Notes: generated by a model not told the origin, from the sequence alone. A DNA stretch of 64,000 bases from Ascoidea asiatica JCM 7603 (GCA_001600695.1 BCKQ01000001.1:2611521-2675520); one strand, 5' to 3'. Counted from the stretch's first letter, positions 21,273-33,685 are shown. Program-made: numbers and translations.

Positions 21273-24029
21273 ATGGATAAGTTAACTTCAAAAACTTTAT
21301 CGGATCGAATTTACGATAAAAGAAAAGCTGCTGCTTTAGAAATTGAAAAAACTGTCAAACAATTAATTAATCAAAATACTCCAGAAAGTCATCAAAGAAT
21401 TCATGCTATTATTGATCAATTATATAGAGATTTCACTGGTGCAATTCATCAACCAAATTATAGAAATGGTGGTGTAATAGGTTTAGCTGGAGTTGCAATT
21501 GCTTTAGGTTCTGCTCATATAGCTGAATATTTACAATTAATCATACATCCTGTTTTAGCTTGTTTTGGTGATCAAATAGCTCAAGTACGTTATTATGCTT
21601 GTGAAAGTTTGTATAATATTGCAAAAGTTGCAAAAGGTGAAATCTTACTTTATTTTAATGAAATTTTTGATGTTTTATGTCGTTTATCTGCTGATAATGA
21701 AAGTAGTGTAAAAAATGCTATTGGTTTAGTTAATGGTTTAATTAAAGATATTGTATCTGAAAGAGCAACTAATTATGTTTCTGTTTTACATCAAGATTCT
21801 CAAATTATTGAACCTGATTTGATTCAAACAACTGTTGCTGTTTCAACTGGAAGTATAGTTCAAATTAATAGAGATCAATCTCCTTTAGCTTTTTCTTTAC
21901 CACGATTTATACCTTTATTAATGGAAAGATTATATACAACAAATCCATTTACAAGAACATTTTTGGTGGATTGGATAAGATTACTTGATTCAATTCCTGG
22001 TTTAGAATTGATAAGTTATTTACCTGCATTTCTTGGTGGTCTTTTAACTTTTTTGAATGATAATGAAAAATCTGTAAGAATTCAAACAAGTAGTTGTCTA
22101 GATAATTTTTTAGGAGAAATTAAAAGAATTATAAAAATTAAAAAACTTGTTGCAAAAGAAAGAGAAATGAAAAATCTAAAAATTCAAAAACAAAAAGAAA
22201 TTCAATTAAATCAATTAAGAAAACAACGAGAAACAATAAAGAATTTAAAAGAAAATAAAAATAAACAAATAAAAAGATTTGGTACAAGTACTAAAAAAGA
22301 TATTCCTCATATAACAACATTTGGAGAAAAAAATTTACAATTTCCAGATAATTCAAAAATTAATATTATTGATCCTTCTATAAAACCAATTGAAAATGAA
22401 AACAATATTGAATTATCAGATTCAAATAAATTAAAGATACCTATAAAACCAGATATACCAAAAGATGATATTCCAATTAAGAATGGCCAAATAGATGAAA
22501 ATTCTATTTTAACTTCAAAACCAGAAAAACAAAATCAAATATCTAGTGATAATAATTCTATGATTAGTGAAACTGAAGATGGAAATGAATCAGATGATGA
22601 AAATGATGATTTTTTTGATGATGCAGAAGAAGATGATGATATGAATGAAAATAATCAAGAAATCCAGAATTCTGATTATTTTGGTTCAGATACTGGAACT
22701 TATATACCTGGACAAGATGTTTATCTTGATTTTCCAAAAATTATTGCAATTTTAGTTTCACATTTAGAGTCTAATGAAGAAATACAGCTTGCTGTACTTA
22801 ATTGGTTAGAAACAATATTAGATATATCTCCAGTAAGTTTTTTACCATTAATATCAGATTTATTATCTATTTTACTTAAAATTTTATCAACAGATTCAAA
22901 TAAACAATTAAAAGAAAAATCATTGATTTTTAATAAAAAATTAATGGATTTAATATCATCTTCATTAATATTAGAAGAAGAAAATGGATTAAATAATATT
23001 CAAAGTAAAGAAGATGTTAAATTTAATTATTCATCAGTTATTAATACTTTAACACTTTTATTTCTTCATGAAGATAAAATAACAAAAATAGCTACATTAG
23101 ATTGGTTAATAATGTTACATAAAAAATCTCCAACATTATTTCTTAAACATAGTGTTGAAACTTTTCAAACATTAATTAAAGGATTATGTGATTCATCATC
23201 AGAAGTTATAAATAAAGATTTAAAATTAATCTCTCAATTTTCAAATCAATCAGATGATGGATATTTTCAAAATTTAATGAATGATTTAATAAATTTATTT
23301 AAAAATGATAGAAAACTTTTAGAATTAAGAGGTAATTTTATAATTCGACAATTATGTATTAGTTTAGATCCAGAAAGAATTTATAGAAGTTTTTCAAATT
23401 GTTTATGTGAAAAACAAAAAGAAAGTTATAAAAATTTAGGATTTATAAGTGTTATGGTTCAAATACTTAATAATAATTTAATTACAGCTGCTGAACTTTC
23501 ACCATTAAGAAAAAAACTTCGTGATGTTAATAATAAAGAAGATTGGATTTTTTTTACAATTTTATTTAAATGTTGGTGTCATAATGCACCAGCATGTTTA
23601 TCATTATGTTTACTTTCACAAAATTATGAATTAGCATATAATTTATTAAATGTAGTTGTTGGATTTGAGATAAATGTAACATTATTAATACAATTAGATG
23701 TTTTAGTTCAACTTCTTGAAAGTCCAGTTTTTGTTAAATTAAGATTACAATTATTAGAACCAGAAAAATATCCATATCTTTATAAATGTCTTTATGGTAT
23801 ATTAATGATTTTACCACAATCTAATGCATTTACAATTTTAAAAAATAGACTTAATTCAATTTCAACACCAATAAATTTAAATCTGATTGGTAAAGGTACT
23901 TCAATTATTGCTTTAACTACACAAAAACAAAAGACAAAAATTTTAATTGATACATTTAATGAAGTTCAAAGTTTACATGATCAATTAAGGCTTGAATCTA
24001 TTCAAAGAAAGAATTTATTTAATCAATGA
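21273..24029 (+). CDS. VAC14: PI(3,5)P2 regulatory scaffold Vac14
   Basis: DRIYDKRKAAALEIE, VRYYACESLYNIAKV and LVQLLESPVFVKLRLQLLEPEKYPYLYKCLYGILMILPQS. First ATG at 21273. Confidence 0.96.
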   Translation: MDKLTSKTLSDRIYDKRKAAALEIEKTVKQLINQNTPESHQRIHAIIDQLYRDFTGAIHQPNYRNGGVIGLAGVAIALGSAHIAEYLQLIIHPVLACFGDQIAQVRYYACESLYNIAKVAKGEILLYFNEIFDVLCRLSADNESSVKNAIGLVNGLIKDIVSERATNYVSVLHQDSQIIEPDLIQTTVAVSTGSIVQINRDQSPLAFSLPRFIPLLMERLYTTNPFTRTFLVDWIRLLDSIPGLELISYLPAFLGGLLTFLNDNEKSVRIQTSSCLDNFLGEIKRIIKIKKLVAKEREMKNLKIQKQKEIQLNQLRKQRETIKNLKENKNKQIKRFGTSTKKDIPHITTFGEKNLQFPDNSKINIIDPSIKPIENENNIELSDSNKLKIPIKPDIPKDDIPIKNGQIDENSILTSKPEKQNQISSDNNSMISETEDGNESDDENDDFFDDAEEDDDMNENNQEIQNSDYFGSDTGTYIPGQDVYLDFPKIIAILVSHLESNEEIQLAVLNWLETILDISPVSFLPLISDLLSILLKILSTDSNKQLKEKSLIFNKKLMDLISSSLILEEENGLNNIQSKEDVKFNYSSVINTLTLLFLHEDKITKIATLDWLIMLHKKSPTLFLKHSVETFQTLIKGLCDSSSEVINKDLKLISQFSNQSDDGYFQNLMNDLINLFKNDRKLLELRGNFIIRQLCISLDPERIYRSFSNCLCEKQKESYKNLGFISVMVQILNNNLITAAELSPLRKKLRDVNNKEDWIFFTILFKCWCHNAPACLSLCLLSQNYELAYNLLNVVVGFEINVTLLIQLDVLVQLLESPVFVKLRLQLLEPEKYPYLYKCLYGILMILPQSNAFTILKNRLNSISTPINLNLIGKGTSIIALTTQKQKTKILIDTFNEVQSLHDQLRLESIQRKNLFNQ

Positions 24030-24160
24030 AAAAAAATGAAAATAATAATTGAAGATATAGAAGTAATTAGATTATGTACAGTAATTTATATTTATATTAA
24101 TATTTATAATTTTATTGGTATTTAAAATTTGTATTTATAGATAATTTGAATATATTATAG

Positions 24161-24784
24161 TTAAATTTTTTGTCTAATAAAGTCAAAAGTAGTTGAAACA
24201 GCATCTTCAACAGGTTTATCAAATAAATAAGGTAAAGCAGGAACAATAGATAAACCAACAATTGTAGGACCTAATTGAGAAATTTTACCTGGTTTGAAAT
24301 TTTTTTTATTAAAAATATGTTGAGCACTTAATCTAACAGCAGTATGAATTGTTATTGCTGGTAAAAACATTGAAGCAAGACTTTGAAAGATTAATCTTTC
24401 AAAAGCTACACCTTTCCAATCTGGAGAATTATTTTGAATATTATTTGAAATAGTTTTTGAAATTGTATTTGAAGGTAAATTATTTTTAGACCATGGCATT
24501 AAACCTGGAGTATATCTATTTTCTTGTTTTAATTTTGCTTTCCAACCTTCAAAAGCTACATCACCTAAAATATAAGTCCAAGAAATTCCATAACCAAGAG
24601 TAACTAAAGTTGGTTTACCAATATATTGAAATATAGGTCTAAAAGATTCACCAATATCTGAACTATAAGCAACATATCTATGAGAAGCTAATAATATTGG
24701 TCTTAATCTATTTGCATAAGCTAAATAACGAACATTTGAATCTGTTGAATCAGTATCAGTACTAACTGAATTTTCTTTTGACAT
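24161..24784 (-). CDS. MTFP1: Mitochondrial fission process protein 1 (MTP18/MTFP1 family)
   Basis: DSTDSNVRYLAYA, RYVAYSSDIGESFRP, FQSLASMFLPAITIH and PALPYLFDKPVE. Confidence 0.88.
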   Translation of the reverse strand: MSKENSVSTDTDSTDSNVRYLAYANRLRPILLASHRYVAYSSDIGESFRPIFQYIGKPTLVTLGYGISWTYILGDVAFEGWKAKLKQENRYTPGLMPWSKNNLPSNTISKTISNNIQNNSPDWKGVAFERLIFQSLASMFLPAITIHTAVRLSAQHIFNKKNFKPGKISQLGPTIVGLSIVPALPYLFDKPVEDAVSTTFDFIRQKI

Positions 24785-25347
24785 TATTATATGATTCTAA
24801 AGGAATTTAGAGAAAAAGATTAAAGAAAAAAAGGATAATGGAAAGTAAAATAAAATAATAATTAATAGTAATATAATTCCAATTGATTGAATAAAGAAAA
24901 GAAATTCAGTTTTCTTTATATACAGATTCAGTAAATACAGCAAATACACAACTAATGAGAGTAATGACAGTTATCAATTCATCATCTTTAAGTAAATAAA
25001 GGTTAATCGATAAAGAGAGGCAACATGAAATGTAAATGGAAATGGATATCGGAAAGAAGTAACGTTAACTGACTTTGAGTTCAGGTTTAGCGGTGAGCAG
25101 CGCTTTTTAAAACGCATTTTGTAGCACATTTTCTAAAATTGTGTCGTTTTTATTTCCGTGCACGGCTATTCAGCCAAAAGTGTGGCTGTGCAAAGTCATG
25201 TGATTAAATGCGGCTGAATGCTTTTTTATTCTGTATATTTCCGAGGTTAAATGGTTGAATTCATCTAAAAATCATGTGTTTTACCGGGAATGGCATTTCC
25301 TAAATAGTAATTCCTTTATTATACTGTATCACTTTATTTATTGTTTT

Positions 25348-25949
25348 TTAACATATTTTATCAATATAAAACCATAATATTAAATCTAAGGATAAATAGA
25401 ATAGAATAATTAATGGGAAAAATTTAAAACCAAAATAATCACAAATATAACCAGTGATTGTTGGTAATATTGCACCACCTCCACCTCCTATAGCCATTGC
25501 AAAACCTATACCTGAAATATGTAAACTTTTTGGTAAAATTTGAACCGCATAAATTGTTGTTGTTGGAAAAATTGGACCAATGAAAAAACCAGTTAAAAAA
25601 ATAAATGAAATGAATAGATAATAATTATTAAAAATTATAAAAAAAATGAAGAAAAAAATTGATAAGATTTGATAAAGGAAATTTGCAAAATGTTGAGATG
25701 GTAATTTATCTGTTAAAAAACTTAGAATAAATCTACCAATTGTTAAACCTAACCAAAATGTTGAAACTATTATTGTGAATTGATTCATTTTACCATTTTT
25801 AATATTTAATAAATAAGTTAAAGTCCAAGCACCAATTGAAACTTCAGTACCTACATATAAAAATAGAAATAGAGATAAAATTTGAATTTTTGAATTTTTT
25901 AAAATATTTTTGATATCATTATTTATATTATTATTATCGGTACTAGAAA

Positions 25950-25980
<31 letters not shown>

Positions 25981-26835
25981 GATTAAATAATTATATTTTA
26001 TATTAGTTTCGAATTTAAAAACAAATAATTCCATAAAACAAAGAGTAAAAGATAAAAAAATTAAGATAATATAATGAAATTTCCAAGAAATTGAATTTTG
26101 AATTAAAATATTTGAAATTAAAATTGGAGTAAAAATTGAACCAAGACCATAAAAAGAATGTAAAATTCCAGTAAGTTGATTATTAAATTTTAAATTTGAT
26201 ATCCAAATTGAAATTGAAGAATCTTGAGCTCCAACACCAATACCATTAATAATATAAGCTAAAAAAATTATAAAAAAATTAAAATTAGTATAATTCATAT
26301 TAAAAGTTGTAAAAATTATAACAATTAATGAACAAATTCCAATAAAAGAAATTGAAATACTTAAAACATATTTAAAACCAAATTTTATATGTAAATAATT
26401 ATTAAATAAAGAAATTAAAAAATAACCAAAAAATTGAGCAAAATATAATAAAGAAATTGTTGAATAATTTTTATTAAATTTTTTTGATAATATTGGTAAT
26501 AAAACTCCAATTGTTTGATCCATTAAACCAAAAATGAAAAAATTTAAATATGTTAAAATTATTTGAAATTTTAATAAATTACTTTTCCATAAATTTTTTG
26601 AACCTAAAAATATTTTTTGATTATTATGAGTTATAAATCTATCAATATCATTTTCTTCATTTTCTTTATTGTTGTCTTGTAAATCTTCTTGTATAATATC
26701 TTCATGAACTTCTTCCCGAACTTCCTCCCGAACTTCTTCTTGAGTAAAATCTTTTTTTATATTGATATTTTGATTTAAATCAAGTGAAGAAGATAATAAA
26801 GATAATTCTAACTCATTATTATCTAAATCTACCAT
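25348..26835 (-). CDS. MFS transporter (Bsc6-like)
   Basis: About 12 hydrophobic segments; FGLMDQTIGVLLP, GILHSFYGLGS, FLYVGTEVSIGAW and FWLGLTIGR. Confidence 0.8.
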
Positions 26836-27329
26836 TTTTCATATATAATATTGAATATCGAATATTGAATATTATTATTTAATAATTAATATAAATTAAT
26901 TAATTATACATATAAAAGTAATCAAATCAAACATTTTAAGATTGACATTATTTGATATAATGAATTACCTACCCCCTTTATTATGGTAACATTACGGGTA
27001 GATAAGAAATATCGGGAAATTGATAGGTACTTATACAGTAAGTGATAGATTATCCAGGAATTAGATCTTTATAGAGTTAAATTGCCGAGAACTTAGTATC
27101 TGATTGGTCAATTAATGAGATTTAGAACAGATTTGAAAATAAATATATCTTAGATGAATATAAGATATATTTAGGATTGAATTGAATTGAAACGAAATGA
27201 AATAAAATGGAATTTAGAATTTAGAATTTAGAATTTAGAATAGATCTAGGATTTATCGAGATAGAATAATCGAAGTAGAAAGAATGCTTAAGTGAATAAC
27301 CAACGAAGTGACTTAAAAGAATAATCCCA

Positions 27330-27720
27330 ATCAAATTGGTGAGTGTTGCCGACTGGTGGAGATCCTCGAAGAGCATGGAAATAGGCTGATTTCGGTCGTA
27401 GCGCAGTCAGCGCAGTCAGCGCGTCACCTGACCCGCCGGACTCAAAAGCTCCGATTGTTGAAGCCATGCGGTAGGTCGCGGCGGTGTATTTTTCCAGGTA
27501 CGCGTGGCGCGTGAAGGACCCAACGAATCTGCCCGGTGCTTTTCTGGGGCGCGGTGTGTGCGCTGTGAAATATCTCGGGAGCCAGATCTGCTGTTTGTTG
27601 GGTCCAACAGCACTCTCCAGCCACTTCTATCAACAGATCCGCCACTCACCTCTCTCCCTTTTACGTAAGCTCCCTCATCTTCTCTATTCACCGACTATTT
27701 CAGTATCAATGGTAGCAGTA
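27330..27720. promoter_or_regulatory. GC-rich divergent promoter island (MFS / OLE1)
   Basis: GC-rich block with (AGCGCAGTC)x2, GTCACCTGAC (27423-27432), ACGCGT (27500), TTACGTAA (27661) and many CGG triplets. Confidence 0.5.
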
Positions 27721-28271
27721 ATAACTGTAATAATAGATATATTACTATTACTATTGTGATAGTAATAACAAAATATTTTAGTAATTTCCACCATTTTTAT
27801 TTGTTTAAAAGTAACTGCTTTCCTGTTTTTTTTTATTTCAATCAATTTTTATTTTTGTTCTAATTTTTTGTTTCATTTTTATTTCATCTTCATCTTCATT
27901 CAATTATTCTTTTTTTCCTCATATATTCCTCAAATCTTACTTTCTATAGTAGATTTATTCTCAATTCATTTTTTTTTTCGAGGAAAATTTTCACTTTTTT
28001 ATTATTTTTTTTATCCTCTTTTAAATCCCAAATTACTCAATTATATTTATATTTATAATAATTATAATAATAATAATTATAATAATAATAATAACAATTG
28101 AAGTAATAAGAACATTTTTCATATTGGAAAATAATATTCTTTAAATAACTTATACTTAAACTATATCTCATATTAATACTCATACATATCCTATTATTAT
28201 AAGAATATCATTATAAGAATATTCTTTTATTAATTCATTACATCTAAATCTAAATAATTATATTACTAAAA

Positions 28272-29732
28272 ATGAGTGATTCAAATGAAGTAGATACAGT
28301 TGATGTAACTGCTGCAAATGCTTTAGCTGCTGGTACAAATAAACCTTTAAGAAGAGTTGTAGCTTCTGGTATTGGTGGTATATTAATGGGTTCAAAAGAA
28401 ATGACAAATGTAACTGCAGAACAATTAGCTCAAGATTCTTTAAATTCTTTATTAGAAAAAGATAATTTAGAAAAATCAAAATATAAAAATTCAAAACATA
28501 TTTCTGAAAAACCATGGACTTTAAATAATTGGTATCAACATATAAATTGGTTAAATATGATTTTAGTTATATTTATACCTTTAATTGGTATAATTTCAAT
28601 AAATTTTATAAAAATTAATTTAAAAACAATTTTATTAGCTTTTATTTTTTATGTATTTAGTGGAATTTCAATAACTGCTGGTTATCATAGATTATGGGCT
28701 CATAGAGCTTATCAAGCAAGAGATCCAATTAAATTATTTTATGCTTTTTTTGGTGCTGGTGCAATTGAAGGTTCAATAAAATGGTGGGGTCATTCTCATA
28801 GAGTTCATCATAGATATACTGATACAAATAGAGATCCATATGATGCAAGAAAAGGTTTTTGGTATTCTCATATGGGTTGGATGTTACAAAAACCAAATCC
28901 AAAATATAGAGCAAGAGCTGATATAAGTGATTTAACTGATGATTGGATTGTTAGATTTCAACATAGGCATTATTTAATTATTATGTTTTTTGTTGCTTTT
29001 GTTTTACCAACTTTAATTTCTGGTTATTTTTGGAATGATTATTGGGGTGGTTTAATTTATGCAGGAATTTTAAAAACTTTTGTTATACAACAAGCAACTT
29101 TTTGTGTAAATTCATTAGCTCATTGGATTGGTGTACAACCTTTTGATGATAGAAGAACTCCAAGAGATCATGTTTTAACTGCTTTAGTTACTTTTGGTGA
29201 AGGTTATCATAATTTTCATCATGAATTTCCTTCTGATTATAGAAATGCTTTAAAATGGTATCAATATGATCCAACAAGATATGTAATTTATTTTACTTCA
29301 ATGATTGGTTTAGCATTTAATTTAAAAACTTTTTCTCAAAATGCTATACAACAAGGACTTTTACAACAACAACAAAAAAAATTAGATCGTCAAAAATTAA
29401 AAATTAATTGGGGTACTCCAATTAATAATTTACCAATGTTAACAAAAGATGAATTTTTTAAAAAATCAAAAACTCAAAATGGTTTAGTTATAATTTCTGG
29501 TATAATTCATGATATTTCAAATTTTATTGATGATCATCCTGGTGGAAAACCTTTAATAAAAAGTGCATGTGGTAAAGATGCAACAACTGTTTTTAATGGT
29601 GGTGTTTATGCTCATTCAAATGCTGCTCATAATTTATTAGCAACTATGAGAATTGGTGTTTTAAAAGGTGCAAATCCAAATACTTTTGCTGTTCAACAAG
29701 ATTATTTAGCTAAAAATGGTAAATCTTTTTAA
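28272..29732 (+). CDS. OLE1: Delta-9 fatty acid desaturase with C-terminal cytochrome b5 domain
   Basis: His boxes HRLWAH, HRVHH and HNFHH; cytochrome b5 motif HPGG. Confidence 0.96.
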   Translation: MSDSNEVDTVDVTAANALAAGTNKPLRRVVASGIGGILMGSKEMTNVTAEQLAQDSLNSLLEKDNLEKSKYKNSKHISEKPWTLNNWYQHINWLNMILVIFIPLIGIISINFIKINLKTILLAFIFYVFSGISITAGYHRLWAHRAYQARDPIKLFYAFFGAGAIEGSIKWWGHSHRVHHRYTDTNRDPYDARKGFWYSHMGWMLQKPNPKYRARADISDLTDDWIVRFQHRHYLIIMFFVAFVLPTLISGYFWNDYWGGLIYAGILKTFVIQQATFCVNSLAHWIGVQPFDDRRTPRDHVLTALVTFGEGYHNFHHEFPSDYRNALKWYQYDPTRYVIYFTSMIGLAFNLKTFSQNAIQQGLLQQQQKKLDRQKLKINWGTPINNLPMLTKDEFFKKSKTQNGLVIISGIIHDISNFIDDHPGGKPLIKSACGKDATTVFNGGVYAHSNAAHNLLATMRIGVLKGANPNTFAVQQDYLAKNGKSF

Positions 29733-30371
29733 TCTTTTATATTAATTTATTTATCATTTCATTTCAACTTATATAGTTATTGTTTATTGTTTTTATTATA
29801 TTAAAATTATTTAAATATTTTTAAAAAAAAAATTTATTTTTTACGGGGTTATATTTATCTAATTATTATTATTACTATTATTATTATATTACTATTTTAT
29901 TACTATTATATTTTAACAAAAAAATATTTAGAGTTGTAGAATTTCTTTCATTTCTTTAAGAATCGATTAAAGTTGGAAGTATTTTTTTTTCTTTTAACGG
30001 AACTAAAAATCAAAATTATCCATTGATTTCATATTTATTTATTTATTTATTTATTTATTTTATTTCAATTTACTCTATTTTATTCAATTTTTTTTTTTTT
30101 ATTCCATTTCGATCGAATTTGGAAAAAGATAACAGAAAAACAAACATATTGGAAAGTGACTTCCGATAACTGTCAAAGCTTATTTAACAACAATATTAAG
30201 AATATGCAGCCGTTAGATTTAGCAAAATATAAAAAATGTGAAATTTGATCTAGTATATAATAATATAAATCTCCACTACATTATATTTTTTATTGAATTG
30301 TTCTTTTTTTTTTTCATTTAAAATATTTCATCGAATAAAAAATTTTACTTGTACAGCATTAAATACTCAAA

Positions 30372-31430
30372 ATGACTTCAGATTATTCAACAAAAAATAA
30401 AATTCCAAAAATTCTTATAATTGGAGCCGGTGGTGTTGGAACCATTGTAGGTTATGGACTTGATTATAATAAAAAATGTGAATTATCATTAGTTTTAAGA
30501 AGTGATTATAAAAAAGTAATTGAAAAAGGTTATGAAATTCAATCTCATGATTATGGTAAAATTGAATCATGGAAACCAAGAGGTGGTAATGATAATATTT
30601 ATCCAAATATTGAAAGTGCAATTAAAGGTAAACCATATGATTATATTATTATTAGTACTAAAATTTTACCAGATATTACAAAATTCGAAGAAATTATTGA
30701 ACCTTTAGTTGATTCAAAAGAAACTACAATAATTTTATTTCAAAATGGATTTGGTAATGAAGTACCATTTTTTAAAAAATTTCCAAATAATATTATTATA
30801 AGTGCAGTATCACATATTGGATCACATAATATTAATGGAGTTATTCATCAAACTCAACAAGATAAATCATTAATTAGTTATTTTTATAATCCAAAAATTT
30901 CAAGAGAAATTCAAGAAAAAAAGACAAAAGAATTTATTTCATTATATAGTAATTCAAAAAATAATGCAACATATTTCCCAGATGCACAATTTTATAGATA
31001 TAGAAAATTAGTTTATAATGCATCATTAAATACAGTTTGTGCATTAACAGGAGTTGATACAGGTAGATTAGAAGCTTGTGGTGGATTAGATTCAATTGCA
31101 ATTCCAATAATGTATGAAATTATTTCAATTGCCAAAGCAGATGGTATTGATTTACCAAAAGATGTTATAAATTCAGTTTGTCATTCAGATGATGGTGATT
31201 ATTTTGAACCTTCAATGCTTGTTGATGTTAAAAAAGGAAATCCAATGGAAGTTGAAGCAATTTTAGGTAATTTATTAATTAAAGGTAAAGAATTAAATGT
31301 TTCAACACCAAAATTATCAATGCTTTATGAATTATTAAAAGTTGTACAATTTAGATTAAAAGAAGCAAAAGGTTTAGTTGATCCATTACCAAAAGAAAGA
31401 CCAATCTATGAAGATAAAATATATAAATAA
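30372..31430 (+). CDS. Ketopantoate reductase (PanE/ApbA)-family oxidoreductase
   Basis: IIGAGGVG Rossmann motif, LFQNG, KLVYN and PSMLVD...PMEVEAILG. Confidence 0.85.
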   Translation: MTSDYSTKNKIPKILIIGAGGVGTIVGYGLDYNKKCELSLVLRSDYKKVIEKGYEIQSHDYGKIESWKPRGGNDNIYPNIESAIKGKPYDYIIISTKILPDITKFEEIIEPLVDSKETTIILFQNGFGNEVPFFKKFPNNIIISAVSHIGSHNINGVIHQTQQDKSLISYFYNPKISREIQEKKTKEFISLYSNSKNNATYFPDAQFYRYRKLVYNASLNTVCALTGVDTGRLEACGGLDSIAIPIMYEIISIAKADGIDLPKDVINSVCHSDDGDYFEPSMLVDVKKGNPMEVEAILGNLLIKGKELNVSTPKLSMLYELLKVVQFRLKEAKGLVDPLPKERPIYEDKIYK

Positions 31431-32032
31431 GCTCTTTGATCTTGAATATAATAAATAATAAATAATAAATAATAAATAATCAACTATAAATATATTAAAT
31501 ATTATACCGGTAGCAGTAAATTATAGGATTCATTGATAATAAGCAATGATAATCAATAAATCTAACCAGCTAAAAAGGTTATCGGGAAAGGCGGATACGT
31601 CCTGATAATTCTATCTTTTAGTCCCAAGAACGTCCTAGATATTTTCTGCCTTCACTCCTCAGAAACGTTCGCTTCTCTAGTTGCATTGTTATTAGATCTT
31701 GTTTATTTCTTGTTCTTACATCTTCATTTGCTTATTTATGAATTGTTTTTGTGATAAATCAAAGCTTTCTCGCTTTCTCTCTTTCTTCTTTTCATGTCCA
31801 ATATGTCCATCGTATTAACCAACAGCTACTCCATTGTTATATCAGCCAAAGTAAAGTAACTGTGGGCGTTATGTTCTCCAACTTCGTCAATTACAGTTAA
31901 GTACTCTGTTTTCTGATTTTATTTAAAGCAAATATTCTATATCAAAGATGATTTTTTCATAAGTTCTTAACCAAGATATATTAACTTTCATTGTTTTATC
32001 AATCAATAATCTTTTATAGAATTAGATCAAGA

Positions 32033-33685
32033 ATGTTTTCAAAACAATATCTATTCTTCTATTTCTTTTACCTTTTTAATCTAATAAATTCTGAAAATAT
32101 ATTCAGTGAATATGATCTAGATACTTTTATTATTAAAGAAAGAGAAATTTCATTTCAGAAAATTCTACAAAATATTGGCGGTGGCGCTTATTATTTTGAT
32201 AATAATTATGATAATAATAATAATTATAATAATAATGATTTAATTAATGGTGTAATAATCTCAAGTCCATCTACTAATAACCCTGATTATTTTTATCAAT
32301 CAACAAGAGATTCTGCAATAACTATAATTTCATTAATTGAAATTTTAGATGATGGCGCTTTTACTGATTTAAAACTTGCAAAAATTATTGAATCTTATAT
32401 AGATAATTCTTATTCAATTCAACGAATTTCAATTTCTTCAAACTCATTAGATCCTTCTGATCCTTTGAATACATTAGATCTTACAACTTTAGGTAATTCA
32501 AAATTTAATATTAATAATATTAATGTTGATACTAATTTAAATTTTAATAAGTCTTCTCCTATTCCACAACATGATGGCCCTGCTTTACGTTCAATTGCAA
32601 TAATTAAATATTTAAATTTACTAAAAAAATATAATTGTCAAAATTTAATATCTTCAATTGAAGATTTAATTAATATTAAATCAATTGATGATATTTATTA
32701 TAAAATTATTAAAAATGATTTAAATTATGTTATTCAATTTTGGGAAAATACTGGCTTTGATTTATGGAATGAAATTAATGGTATTCATTTATTTACTTCT
32801 TTAATTCAATTAAAATCTCTTTCAATTGGTGGTCAATTTTCAAATAATTTTAATAATGAATTAAATTTTACAATAAAAATTTTAAATCATGCTGATTGTT
32901 TAAAAGAATTTATAATTTATGAATCTGGGTTTGATCATTCAAATTTAACTCATTTAATTCAATCTCCTTTACAATTTAAACAAGGTCTTACATCTGGTTT
33001 AGATTCAAGTATAATTATTGCTTCATTATTATCTCATGATTTTGATTCAAATATTGATCATTTAATTCCATATAATATTACTGATCATTTATTATTGAAT
33101 ACTATATTTCAATTAATTAATTCAATGAAATCTATTTATGGCGTTAATAGAGATAATACAAATCCATTATTAGGTATTGCAATTGGTAGATATTTAGAAG
33201 ATACTTATGATGGAATTTCAATATCTCATGGAAATCCTTGGTTTTTATGTACTGCTTATGTTTCTGAATTTTTTTATAAATATATTTATTCAATTTTATT
33301 AAATAGAGATAATTTAATAATTTGTCAAAATTATAAAAATTTATTTGATATATTTATTATTAAAAATTATTTTATAATAAATACTGATGATAATAAAAAT
33401 TTGGATCATAATGGTGATTATATAATTAATTACAATACTAATGAATTTGAAATTTCTATAAATGAATTATTTTCTTTTGCAGATTCTTTTTTAAGAAGAA
33501 TACAAAAACATGTTGATGATTCAGGTTCAATGTCTGAACAATTTAATAGAGAGAATGGTGAACAAATTGGTGCAAAAGATTTAACTTGGAGTTATGTATC
33601 TTTTTTAACTTCAACTAGATGGAGATCAAAGGCTCTTGAACTTTTTAAAACTTATAATGATGAAAAAATTACAGCTACAACTTAA
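32033..33685 (+). CDS. GH15 glucoamylase homologue (SGA1-like), probably secreted, with a degenerate active site
   Basis: SPSTNNPDYFYQ.TRD, PQHDGPALR, FDLW.E, IGRY.EDTYDG, GNPWFL and SEQFNR..G...GAKDLTWSY. Hydrophobic N-terminus after ATG 32033. Confidence 0.9.
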   Translation: MFSKQYLFFYFFYLFNLINSENIFSEYDLDTFIIKEREISFQKILQNIGGGAYYFDNNYDNNNNYNNNDLINGVIISSPSTNNPDYFYQSTRDSAITIISLIEILDDGAFTDLKLAKIIESYIDNSYSIQRISISSNSLDPSDPLNTLDLTTLGNSKFNINNINVDTNLNFNKSSPIPQHDGPALRSIAIIKYLNLLKKYNCQNLISSIEDLINIKSIDDIYYKIIKNDLNYVIQFWENTGFDLWNEINGIHLFTSLIQLKSLSIGGQFSNNFNNELNFTIKILNHADCLKEFIIYESGFDHSNLTHLIQSPLQFKQGLTSGLDSSIIIASLLSHDFDSNIDHLIPYNITDHLLLNTIFQLINSMKSIYGVNRDNTNPLLGIAIGRYLEDTYDGISISHGNPWFLCTAYVSEFFYKYIYSILLNRDNLIICQNYKNLFDIFIIKNYFIINTDDNKNLDHNGDYIINYNTNEFEISINELFSFADSFLRRIQKHVDDSGSMSEQFNRENGEQIGAKDLTWSYVSFLTSTRWRSKALELFKTYNDEKITATT

